Assembly: GCF_006345805.1 (NCBI RefSeq)
Contig: NC_043002.1
Coordinates: 100,192,001-100,256,000, forward strand
Source of the DNA: Octopus sinensis
Lineage: Eukaryota
Reading direction: 5' to 3'
Length of the DNA stretch: 64,000 bases
Under the pieces are notes generated by a model. That model was not told the DNA's origin. It saw only the letters and a program-made list of their open reading frames with translations, and searched no databases. Below, in pieces: positions 1 through 12,472 of this stretch (position 1 is the stretch's first letter; each line of letters begins with the position of its first letter). Made by a program: the position numbers and the translations under genes.

Positions 1-65
1 GTGTCTTGCTCAAGAACACAACACGCAGCCCGGTCCGGGATTCGAACTCACAACCTCACGATCGT
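1..65 (-). mobile_element. tRNA-derived SINE head fragment (truncated by the window edge)
   Basis: Minus strand reads acgatcgtgaggttgtgaGTTCGAATCCcggaccgggc...ttgagcaagacac: a Pol III B-box followed by a CORE-like ttgagcaagacac motif. Confidence 0.7.
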
Positions 66-240
66 ATATATTGTCGGTTCCGTCACGTTTTTAAGGCGGA
101 ACATGTGATCTGGGATAGATTTAGTTGTTGGTTTTAAAACCGAACAGTGTAACATAAACTGGGACACTAATTGAGAGAGTTAAAAAACGTACGTTTGGTT
201 TTACAAATGAGAGATAGAGAAAAAAGTCCGATGAACATTA

Positions 241-470
241 TTGTCCTAGGACTTATAGGGCTGGATAGCCGGTTTCATTGACGTATAAGATACCGACATC
301 ACAGCATTTCCCCCAGAAGAGACGCCGGTTCGTCGTAGGGTTCATCATTTACAGCTGAGTGGAATGGTTCCTCGGGAAAAGATTAAAGTGCACAGTCCTG
401 GAAATGGACCACGAGTTTGTGATCGTGAGTGCAACACACGAACCACAAGGCATGGGCCTTACAGAATTTA
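241..470 (-). mobile_element. Degenerate SINE; tail related to the 39337 copy
   Basis: Minus strand has ccactcagctgtaaatg, then aaccctacgacgaaccggcgtctcttctggggg (compare ctgcgatggactggcgccccgtccagctggggg at 39542), then gaaaccgg. Confidence 0.5.
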
Positions 471-3400
471 AGACAGCGACTCCTTGTTATTGTATTGGTT
501 TCAGTAATTGTTATACATATACTTGTGTGAGAAAACGGGAGTGAGAGAGAGAAAGAGAGAGAGAGAGAGAGAAAGAGAGAGGGAGAGAGAGAGGGAAAGA
601 GATTGTGTGTGAATACAAAAATGCATGTCGAGTACCGCTCACAAGGTATCAAATAGTCAATGCAGGATTATTGTAGATAATGATTCCAAGGTACTGTGCA
701 GCTGGATGGAACCTGTAACACGTGGAGCTACAAGTTCTAAACCACATGTTTGTGCTCGCGCGCGTCTGTCTATGTGTCTGCGTGTGTGTTTGTGTGTGTA
801 TGTGTGTTTGTGTGCCTGCGGGTGTATTTGTGTATGTGTATGTATGTATGTATGTATGTATGTATGTATGTATGTATGTTTGTATGTATACCGGAGCAAG
901 TTATGTGTTCGAAAATATATCAAATGTATATTGGCAAGTAATTTGTTTAATAATGGATGAGGATCTTTTCAGTGGAAAATAACTCAATATTTGCGTTCTT
1001 TAAAACTTATCATTCATTAAATCACGAGTAATGAAAATATTGAAATACACAGTAAACAACAGGCATTTCATTTGTTAGTAATACGCTATCTCACGCTGTC
1101 TCTGTTTTGTTTTAGTTTATTTAGTTTAGCATTCTCTTGGCTTCCTTTAATTGAAGTCATTACTTGTTATTGTTGAATATTTTGTTTTCCGATGGGTGCT
1201 TTCCTTTTTAGTTTTATTTGGTTGATGCTATATGTTTTGTTTGATACTTCTTTATTTTATTTGAATTTTTTTTTAAATTATATTTGTTGAGTTTGGTAGA
1301 AGGAAAGTTTATTCAGTACGTTTACAGATTGATATCAATGAGGAAAGAGCAGAGTAACCAGATCTTCGAACAATTAGTTATCTCCAAAAGCGAGAAGCGG
1401 CGATTATTGGGGAAAAGAAGCAGAAAGAACAAAGACAGATAAAGAGATAGAGAGAGAGAGAGAGATGGAGAGGAACAGAAGAAGAAAGGTAAATGGGAAG
1501 AGAAAATAGCGGATATAATAATGATCGGTCTCAGCTGCTTTCTAAAAATAACACTTTTATTTACAGTCAACGGATTGTCAAGTAATGTTCGAATACTGTG
1601 CTTAATGGCAGGAGATAAAGATTGGAAAATACGAAGTAAATGAACTGAGTGAGAGAGAGACAGAAAGTGAAAGAGGAGAAAAAGAGAGGCAGTGACAGTT
1701 ATGATAGAAATACAGAAGATATTAGAGTGATAGAGAAATTATAAACGGAATATATTTGGATGAAAGAAAGAAAAAGGAATCTCCGTGTAGGTGAGAAGTT
1801 CAAAGTTGATTTATTAAAATCGTAGGGGATTAATATAACGCGAAATTTGGGCGAGAGAAACTACTCAAAACTGTGTTCGGTTCTGTAGTTAAGGTACATT
1901 TTTGGGAAAGGATGTAGTCGATTATATTCATTCTCTCGTAGCTGACAGTTTTTATTTTTTAATAATAGGGGTTCACGGGAGTTTATCCCTTCTTACACAG
2001 GCAGAAAAAGTGAGGTACTGAAACACCTACGACGGGGTGCCGAAACGTTCCTCGCTTTAAGGGTATCGCATGCTTAGAGTCCCAGCATTCCGAGTTCTTT
2101 TACAGGGTTTAGAAAAACTGAAGGGCCGCTGCAATTAGTGCAATCTGAGAGGAGAATGTGTTCAATAAAATCATAATTAAGTGATCCTCCTTTATTTTCC
2201 TTTACTGTAAGCCAGGAAGTTTTCAGCACCCGCCCCCCTCATAGATATCCTGGAACTTTATTTTACCAAGTGTGCAAGGTTGAGACGCAAAATTCACTGA
2301 GAATTTGAAATTAGAATATACAGAGAAGAGGCATAAGTCCATACGACATTCTGGCCGAAGCTCTTACTGATATTGACACATCACATTTTCAACATATCGG
2401 GGATTAGAGGTAGTTGCTTTTGCTATTGTGGTTCATATGTAAGGCAGTGTTTCGTAGATCTACGTTCACAGATCCTCTATCAATGAACAATCCATCATTT
2501 TTGGGCAATTTAAATTTATATTACCATTCTGACTTTCCCATTTGTAAGATGGTATAATGCCATTTGACGTAGATGAAGCACTTATTCCTAAAATGCCAAG
2601 CGATCGAATACATGTTCGTTCGTTGAATCGAAGACATGTTCGTTCGTATAAGAGATAAGCAGTAATAAAAGTTTTGGGAAAGAGAATACAATTATAGGAA
2701 ATAAAAAGTAAAATTAAGAAAGAGACATAGAGTAAAGACAATACTAAATTTAAAAGACCTTTACTTGGCAAGCAAGAATATATGACAAAATAAGTGTAGT
2801 TTGTAGATCAGTGACACCGGGAGAAATTGGGGAATGAATGAAAGGTTTGTGCTAAATTGTATTTCTTTGAAGACAAGAAGGGAATTTAAATAAACCTGAA
2901 CGAATATAAGTCTTGAGAAAAGACTGAAGAGAAGTAGAGAGAGACAGAGAGTGTGGAGAGAAATAGTGCATTTGTGCATGGAAAAGAAACAGCTAGAAGA
3001 AAACTATACAGGTTGATATGTGTGATGAGAAATATAAAAAGATCTAGTTGAAACAAGGAACAGTGGAGAGTAAATTCGGGACGACGAGCAGGAGTAGTGT
3101 ATGAAGATATAGAATAGAAATAACGGAGAAAGCAATGATATCATCTGTGTGCGTGATGAGATAACAGCAAGCAGGTTTATAATATAATGAATTCCAAAAT
3201 GGCTGTCTATTAACGGTAAAGATAGGTGGGATGGCAGTTTTAGAACGAGCACTATATAAAGAGCAATCGAGTGAAAGCTATATGTATGTGCATGTATGTA
3301 AAGAATTGTCGAACGTGTCTGTATAAGGATGTGAAAAACCTATGCGTATGCGCACACACTTGTATATGTGTGCATCTAAAATTATGTGCATCTGTGTTGT

Positions 3401-6400
3401 GGAAATATTTCTTTACGGACGTAACGTTCCAACTTTAGAACCGTACACTTCATTGAATTTGTGCGATGAAGCCATTTATAAAGTTGATCGAATTGAGCTG
3501 GTTGTAAACATCACATTTCTGGCTCAATTATTGCTTCTACGTTTTTCTCTTTATTTCCTACTCCACCACTTCTCTCTCATACACTGACACACGCACTCGC
3601 CTCGCGCACATACACACTTCTATATATTACTTGTCGTTTGTGTCTCTGTTCTTTCATCTCATGCTTCTTTCTTCACCTGTTTCCTTTCACCTCTGTCTTA
3701 TTTCATGTATCCTTTTCTTTTTCTCTCTCCCTCCACATTCTCTCTTCTGCTACTTCACTGTTGCTTATTTTCTCTGCCTTTCTTTCATTTATATCACCTT
3801 TCTCTTCTTTCAACTTGCTCTTTCGCCCTCTCTTTCTCTTCCCTACTTGTCTCTGTCTGTCTGTCTCTCTTTCTCTTTCTCCCGCGCTCTCTCTCTCTCT
3901 CGCTCTTGCTAACATCTCCACATTCTGCACTTGAAATACAGATAAAAAAAATTAGAAGGAAACGCTTCATCCATTACATTTAGTCCTCACCAATGTCACC
4001 GACTCCACATCCACCACCACTCACTAGCGGCATCACCAGTAGAATTACTGTTCATTTTCAGTTATCGATTAGTTGGCGTTGTAGTTGTAGTTACTCTTGT
4101 TTTTGTTTTGCTATTTCGGGACATCGTTAGACACAAGAAAATTGCTATGTTGGTGCGATCAGAACTGCCACAGTTATCATTATATGTATAGACTCCCCTC
4201 CTGTCCGAGATCCACATTCACATCCATTCTTGCGGTGATTTACTTTCTGTTTTTCTTATTATTATATTTTATTTTTTTACTGTCCTATAGACTTAACACC
4301 TGGCTCCCGGCTACCACTTATCAAAATTTACGTACTGTAATTCATCGGTAGGAACATAAAAGACGAACACAAAATAAAAGAGAATCCTCCACTCATATAT
4401 AGAGAAAAATGCTCATACAGCAATTGGTACAGATGCATACGCAAACATTTGAACAGAACAGATACGAATATTTAGTCACTTATACGGATACTTTGAAGCA
4501 CTTTCATAGATTTCATAAACATTTAATCTTACAAATGCTCATATACACGCATATAAACATAACCACACAGACGAAAAGAGAAACACTGCAAGATAAATAT
4601 TCACATTACACATGTACACAAGAGAACGTCCTGATGCATAATCACGAAATCTCTCTCGAATAGGCTATATATATATATATATATATGCATATGTATATCG
4701 TCACGTATATAGACTTATATAAACGCAGACAATCACTCGTGGAGTAGCAAATGCGAATGAAGACATACAGTTGACATGTATACGGTCGAACTTCGTGTAT
4801 TTGAATATCAGTTATCCGAAATTAGAATTTTCCATATACAATATCCAGGTCCCGTAATTATGTTCAGTGGGGTTACCCTTGTTTATGATTAGATCAGTTA
4901 TCCGAGCAATCGATTATCTAATATATTTACTGCCCTTTCGTCTCTTTCGGAATAAGTAAATGCGAACATAGTTACGTAGACAGCAGAATAATTATCTGAA
5001 TAAGTCGAATAAGTAAGTCAAGTTCATCTACATGAACCAGGAAAATAATGAAAAATAAAATAAATATGAATGTAAGTGTGCGCTAGACATTCAGATGTAA
5101 TTGTGTCTTTTGATTTACATGGGACTTTTTAAGTGCGAATTACGTAGAATTGTCGTAAAAAGGAGTCAAATATTCACACAATGGCATATATATGCGAATG
5201 GTTTTATCAACAGAATCAAGTCCTTCGGTGCAGATAATTGATATACACATAGTCAGTTGCACGAACTAAGACATATGATATCTGAGAATCCCATACATGC
5301 TGCTATTTCTTTTTATAATACCAGAAACATTAAACCCGGGAAATTTAATAATTTCACGAAATTTTAAATGGATCCATTTGACTAATTGTTGTGTTGATTA
5401 CATTAGTTGTTAATGAAACACTAGATAATTAGGCAGGCAGGGAAGCACTTAAACCCTGTATTAACTACATAATATACACGAACGTCGAGAGATTTTCATC
5501 ACAGTTGGTAGAATTACTAGTAGTAGTACCCTAATCTCCTTGAACTCCATAATCACTGAAAATGTATATGCATTATAATTTAAAATGTGGTTTTGCATGT
5601 ATTAATTGGTGAAATACGAGATAATCACGACAAGAATGCCTTACTTTACAGATCTACTCAATCAGTGAATGTTTGATACAAACACCTATAATGACAAAAG
5701 AAAAAGATTCCACATAATGTTCTTGTTGGAGTCTACGAGGTACAGTGACTGGAGTGTTTGGATGTTATTGCCTTGGCCTTGACATTTGTGCAATTACAGT
5801 GATGTCGTTTGAACCATCGACAAGTTGAAAACTAGTCAATCTCGATAGAATCGATCAGCTGCGACTCGCTCCATTGAATATACTGTGTTTACAACAAGTC
5901 TTACTTTACTGCAGCGTGAGAGAGGATTGCTGAGAAAGAAAAAAAGACAGAAATTTCTATAGCTTTCTTATGAAATCAGTTTTCTCTCTTTTCCTTTTTT
6001 CCTTTCATCATTCATTTTTTTTTTTTTGAAAAAATTAATTAGATTTATCGGTAACAACAATTGGTTATTGGAAAACACTTTTCGAGTTTAAAATTAATTA
6101 GGTTTCTCAAACAACAATTGCTATCGCTGTATATTTTGAATTGCTTGCACCAGTCAGTCTTCTCACCTACAAGTTATTCTGACCAACACACATTTCAAAA
6201 CATTAATTGACTGCTCTGTTCTTTTTTAAAAATTTTATACCAACTGTTTACCTGTGTTAGTCCCTTACCCTATCGTATCTCCTCACTGTTGCCGAAAGAA
6301 GGCAACCCGCTTTAAGGTAATCAATCCTCCTGAACAGCAACAGCTGTACGAACACATTTTGCTACTTGAAGTCAGCTTACGAACCAGAAGTATAGCAGAT

Positions 6401-6613
6401 TCTTATAAACTACAATTTTATTCGCATCTGATCAATATTCGAAAGCTAAGAGAATGATCGTTACAAAACAACACGACGCCGAAGCTGCAATATTAGTGTT
6501 CCTCAACTATTTGTTAGTTCAAAACACTTCTGACATCAAGTTGAATGAACTGGCAGCACCCCTCTTTAAACATTCGTACAGGAAGTCGTAGACAGGCGAC
6601 CAGTATGTGTGTT

Positions 6614-6672
<59 letters not shown>

Positions 6673-6717
6673 ACACATATATATGTGTGTGTACACCTCT
6701 CTCTCTCTCTCTCTCTG

Positions 6718-6753
<36 letters not shown>

Positions 6754-6853
6754 TAGATGGAAAGATATATATAATACTTATATATGAGTATACCCACGTA
6801 TAAACACATACACCTGGTAGGCTTACTGGTAAAGTAAGGTCTCTTTAATTGTG

Positions 6854-6892
<39 letters not shown>

Positions 6893-6893
<1 letters not shown>

Positions 6894-7671
6894 TAAATGG
6901 AAGACGGGGGAGGGAGTATAGGAGAATTTATTGATCAGGTCAATTGTTGCGACACATCTAGCATCGATCCCTGATGGGTGGGACACTCAACAACTGGTTC
7001 AGGAGCATCCGGCGGTGCAGATGTATCTCGTCGGGTGATAAATAGATAGAAATCGTTAAAATAACGGTTCTGCAATGTAACGTCCCGTTTTGTAGAAAGA
7101 AAAACAGTCAGACGGAGAAAATATCTTTATTTGTATAAAAGATCGAAAATCACAGATGAGAAAACAAGAGAAACGCACACGCAATAATGCGTGAAAAGTA
7201 TAAAAAGTAACTCTGAACAAATATGGATGTATAACCGACTTCGGGCAAGCTGCATAGTGTGACTACACTCATTCATACAAGCATCCGCGAAAATGTGAGC
7301 ATACGCACACGTGTGATATGATATCATGCGTATGCTCACATTTACGCGGATGCTTGCATGTGTGAATTTACTTGCGTCATGCAGCCTGCTTGACGGTGTT
7401 TATACATCCATATTTGTAAACGGTTATTTTTAATACATTTCTCGCTGCATTGCGTGTTCGTTTCTCTTTTTCCCTTATCTTTGATTTTTACCTTTTGATC
7501 TACTATATAAATGAAGATATTTCCTCCGTCTGGCTGGTTTTCTTTCTACAAAACGAGAAGTTACATTGCGGAACTGTTATTTTAACGATTTGTATCTATT
7601 TATCACCCGACGATATACATCTGCACCGATGCTAGATATCATGATTATTCCTTCTTCCGTCTTTCATTTAC
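6893..7671. repeat. Large old foldback (inverted-repeat) element, about 780 bp
   Basis: Arms pair 6893-7307 with 7327-7671. Examples: caagcatccgcgaaaatgtgagcatacgca vs tgcgtatgctcacatttacgcggatgcttg; cggtgcagatgtat.tcgtcgggtgataaatagat (7013) vs its reverse complement ending 7628; gtaaatggaagacgg vs ccgtctttcatttac at the termini. Confidence 0.85.
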
Positions 7672-7881
7672 AAGCGGAGCCTCATATCAGTGAGTGGGGG
7701 TGGTGCTCATTAATGCCGTTGAGAGGTAGGCCCCGAAACGGCGCGTATTCTCTCCTGATGAGCCCATACACTTGCTGGCTTCCTGTAGGCGGAGCTGTCG
7801 ACCGGTATCACTTGCATGTGCAAGGTTTTTGCAAAACATATATATATATAAATTTAGTAATTATAGAAGTGTATATACACG

Positions 7882-7913
<32 letters not shown>

Positions 7914-8021
7914 CGCGTGTAATACTTAAATACTTAAATATAAGAACGATATTATTTCTAAAACTAACATAGTTGGTAGCCGCGATCGTACAGCCGTATA
8001 GGTAACATAATAAAATGTATA

Positions 8022-8625
8022 TATGATGGCCGTCCACTCGTGACCGAAGAAGATCATTGCTGACCTGTGGGAACATTGTGCGCTCTAGGACTAACTTATA
8101 TTTTGCATTTGCGGCTCCGTTGCTGGCTAATAAGCCCTGCTCTTGAGAAGCATACACAGCTACAAACATTGCAAACCAAGCTGTCCATATTCACTATGCT
8201 AGCAGTACGCATTTGAACAGCATGATTAAATTCTTCATACAGAACAGTGCTCTTTCAAAGCTGTTGACCCCCTCCATAACCTGCTTCTTCCATCTGTGGC
8301 AATGACAGGCATTACTCTCCCAGTCGGTCTCCTGCATATCGCCGGCCTTTAATGAGGACTTGACACAGTCCTTAAATCGCAGCCTTGGTTTCTGCCGGGG
8401 TCCCTTTCCACTAATACGTTCCCCATATAGCATGTTTAGGGATCCTGCCTTCCTTCATTCCGATAAGGGCGTCCATCGCCTCAATACTCAAGATATCAGC
8501 TTTCCTCAAGACCTGTATGTCTGGAGATTTTAGGTCCAGCCAGCATTTGGAATGTGTCTCAGACATCTCCGATTAAAGCGTTCAAGGACCTTTACATGAC
8601 GTTTGTAAAGGGTCCATGTCTCACA
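8022..8625 (-). mobile_element. RTE-clade (BovB-like) LINE, 5'-truncated 3' fragment, degenerate
   Basis: Minus-strand remnants CETWTLYKRHVKVLERFNRRCLRHI and MLYGERISGKGPRQKPRLRFKDCVKSSLKA...W...W, a C-terminal Cys-containing segment, and a short 3' UTR ending ggacggccatcat. Confidence 0.8.
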
Positions 8626-9618
8626 TGAGTAAACAAGCGATCTCAGTACACATGCACGGTACACGGCAATTTTTGTTTCCCTGTGATACGATGCTGGGAC
8701 CTGACTCGAGACTCAAAGACCATGTGAATAAATGCGGTGCTTGGATAATATTTTTTCTTCACTTTTTCTCTCATTATACGGTGGTTATGCTTCGTGAATA
8801 GAATAACATATTTATACGCTTATGTATAAACAGCCCCACTATAAAATTTCATTTTTCTGTTAATGAACACATTATTATTATCAACAGACTTATTTATTCC
8901 TTTCGCACGCACAATGTTTGAAGAGGTTATACGTGAACAAATATATAAGGGCTAGAATAGGAGCCCTTACCCAACGTTCCACATATGGGTTAAAACCCAT
9001 GACAACAGAATTGTGACGTGAACTTCTCAACCGCATTTTAAAACAGTTTTAGTTCATGTATTTGTGTATATATATGTTTAAATGTCAGTGCGTAAAGAAA
9101 TCGAAAAATAGAATGTAGATAGGTGTGAATTGAACTGGTAAAATAATGTTTAGTTTCTACTCACATTACTGTTCTTCAGTGATTCATGCACCAATTCTTT
9201 CATGCTGTAACAAATATATTCATGTGTGAATCATATCTTTCAATCTTCAAATAGTTTCTCTGTGTGTGTGTGTGTGTGTGTGTGAATTTGAGGTGGGAGA
9301 AACAAGTTGAAATTAAATGTTGGACATTTAATAAGAAAATTAACGCAATTAAATTCATTTCTCTAATTAACGGTACTTTATATATTTCAGCAAAACTGAA
9401 AACAAAATGATAAATGACAAGATTTATACTGAACATATAATCAAGAGATTTCCTTCAAAATCATTTAAAATATTGTATAAAATTTATTAAACGGCTTTTA
9501 ATGGTAGGGCATTTCTTAAAAGGGTGCATAAGCAACTTGCCTTAAAATTTCTTTTTTCTGTAAATGAAAGTATTTTTACTATCAACAGAATATGCAAGCT
9601 TATATTTAAAATACTATA

Positions 9619-9677
<59 letters not shown>

Positions 9678-10446
9678 GGTTGATTCAAATAATAACAATA
9701 GTGTATGTGCAAAGAATATTTTAACATTCTATTTGTACGTTATTCAGTGTTTAGATTACAATAGTAAATAGGATAACGAATTTAGGATACTGGTCTGAAC
9801 GTTCACGTTGTGCGGTTTACAGCATTATCTTTTTCTACTCTAACCAACAGCACAGACTATTAATCGTTTCCAGATATCGATTAGCTAACCATGTCGTTCT
9901 TACTGAGAGCTTCTATTTTTAGACTAAATTGCAACCATATTCAAACGATCAGCATTGCACTAGCTATTATTAGATACGTAGTTGTGCCTGTATCGTCGGC
10001 TAGTTTGAGTAGCAAATAGAAGCTTCAGACGCACAGAACTTTTGGAAATAGGAAGAAAAATAGCAGAGTGAAGAGTCAACGATTTAGAGTTTCAATACCT
10101 TCAAGTTCCATAGTGCCAACACTTTTGCCAATCCTTTCAAGTATTTTTGCAGTAGCGTTGCCTAGGATACACGTTAGTGGATTTGCCGCATCCTATTCAT
10201 AGTATTAAGCTTGTTCTCCTTGATGTCCTTATTTTAGTACTTCTCTACTGGTGTGTTCAAATTAATGTGCTCCTCTAACTGTGCTGCAGAAAACTCCAAA
10301 TATTATATATTTAGGAAATGAATGCCAAATTACTGATATAGTTTATGCAATGATGATAACAACAACAACAACAACAACCGTAACAACAACAACAATAATA
10401 ATAATAGTAATAATAATAATAATAATGATAATAATAATAATAATAA

Positions 10447-10995
10447 AAAATGCCCTGATGCAGTACCAGGCAGTGGCTCTCGTGACTTCTGATCTTAACT
10501 GATTGGAAGTGTTATCATCTACATTGTTTTGTCTTGGTATAAAAGATGGGCTACAGCAAATATTCTGCTCAATACCACAGATTTGCATGTCAGTTGTTTG
10601 GCCTTAACCATTTGAGTATGTCCCTTAGAGGCTGACGATGTGTGCATCTCTGATCACGAGCAGAATTATTGGGGAAGCATCATAGCCACGTGTTGAGAGG
10701 GATTCTTTGGAGTTTGAATAATTCACCTCAGCCTGTTTCGTTCAACATCCTTAAACAACCCTCTTTCAGGGACCTTTTGAACGGGATTGTTTACTGGACC
10801 AGAAGAAAATTCTAACTGGGCTCCACCTGCAAGGTCATGTGCTGTTTATCATTATATGAAATCACCACGTCGCGCACACATGGTTGTGATGCATGTGCCT
10901 AGTGTACCCTTATCAGACAGGTTGTCATGATGGGTATACTGGGCTTCATATATTTGTACCCTAGTGTCACTTTGATGGCATGCACTGCTCTCTCT
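10447..10995. mobile_element. Non-coding interspersed repeat family C, copy 1, flanked by (AAT)n
   Basis: Aligns with 50497-51051 in the same orientation and with 55491-56023 as reverse complement. Begins aaaatgccctgatgcagtaccaggcagtggctctc and ends ggcatgcactgctctctct. Confidence 0.85.
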
Positions 10996-11011
10996 AATAA
11001 TGATGATGATG

Positions 11012-11057
<46 letters not shown>

Positions 11058-11441
11058 GCAGCATGAAGGTGCTATTTTATTACTATGTCGTCAAATTGAT
11101 ATTTGAAATTTTAAAAAATTGTTGTTGTCTATACTCTCTTACTCTCATTTTAATCACTCGACGGCGGTAATGCTAGGGCATTGACCTCGAACCCTCAAGA
11201 GTAAACAAGAGACACAGAGACAGGCAGAAACAAGGAAAATGCCCCTTGTATTTGAATACTATGCAAATATTCTTTTAAAATCTTTTCTTTAAATTTTTCG
11301 CAAATTTAATTGTTTTCCTTACTTTCAGTTGATATAGTCTCAATGGCTGAAACCGGTATTGACATGTTCTTTATAAAATTATTTTAGCATTTTCTACCTT
11401 GATTCTTTCCATATATATCAACTCGTCTGTTCATTTTCAAG

Positions 11442-11485
<44 letters not shown>

Positions 11486-11922
11486 CAAGTTTCATATATA
11501 TTTCAGCAAAATTTATGCTGCACCACCAACGTATGGCATATATATACAAATCTGCTATTCTTTCTTACTTCTCAACTCAAACAGAATAAAAGATGTGTGC
11601 GCACACATGAACAAAATACGGTAGCCGGAAATTGTACAAAAGCATGTCGCCTCGCTCTCACTCTCTCTCTATGTATAGATATATCTATATATGTGTGTGT
11701 ATGTGTGCATGCATATATATATTTACGACAGGATTCTGCATAGTTTCCGTCAACAAATTTCATTCACAATGCATTTAGTCGACCTGGAGCTTAATTACGG
11801 AAACACCGGTGCTCAAGTGACTATGCTGCTTAACCGAAGACGAGGACATGTGACTGAACCAAGCCATATCCCATTATATATTATTACATGATATTATGTA
11901 ATATTATTACTATTCTGCTCTG

Positions 11923-11997
<75 letters not shown>

Positions 11998-12084
11998 CTG
12001 AACGCACATATGTATTTGAAACGCCAGGGCTGTGGATTTTGTCTAGGAAAAATTTTCATAGATTTATTTTGTACGAAAATACTA

Positions 12085-12472
12085 AGGAAGGAAGCACTCC
12101 GTCGGTTACGACGACGAGGGTTCCGGTTGATCTGAATCAACGGAACAGCCTGCTCGTGAAATTAACGTGTAAGTGGCTGAGCACTCCACAGACACGTGTA
12201 CCCTTAACGTAGTTCTCGGGGATATTCAGCGTGACACAGAGAGTGACAAGGCCGGCCCTTTGAAATACAGGTACAACAGAAACAGGAAGTAAGAGTGAGA
12301 GAAAGTTGTGGTGAAAGAGTACAGCAGGGATCACCACCATCCCCTGCCGGAGCCTCGTGGAGCTTTAGGTATTTTCGCTCAATAAACACTCACAACGCCC
12401 GGTCTGGGAATCGGAACCGCGATCCTATGACCGCGAGTCTGCTGCCCTAACCACTGGGCCATTGCGCCTCCG
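12085..12472 (-). mobile_element. tRNA-derived SINE family A, full length
   Basis: Head ggaggcgcaatggcccagtggttagggcagc (A-box) and ggttccgattccc (B-box). 12-bp TSD acgaaaatacta at 12073-84 and 12473-84. High identity to the copies at 38540 and 48723. Confidence 0.92.

Noticed and set aside
2557-2658. 33-codon ORF MPFDVDEALIPKMPSDRIHVR... as a possible upstream exon
   Set aside because: No recognisable homology, only a weak donor, and part of it is a local tandem duplication (atcgaa.acatgttcgttcgt x2).
4780-4925. tatacggtcgaacttcg resembling a pogo/Tigger-type TIR, with repeated tcagttatccga
   Set aside because: No matching right TIR was found, so an element cannot be delimited.
7725-7765. 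CCGAAAC...GTA...CTGATGAG, both hammerhead half-cores within 30 nt
   Set aside because: In this order stem I must be a hairpin, but the 7-nt linker ttctctc cannot fold and stem II pairing is poor. Chance co-occurrence is plausible.
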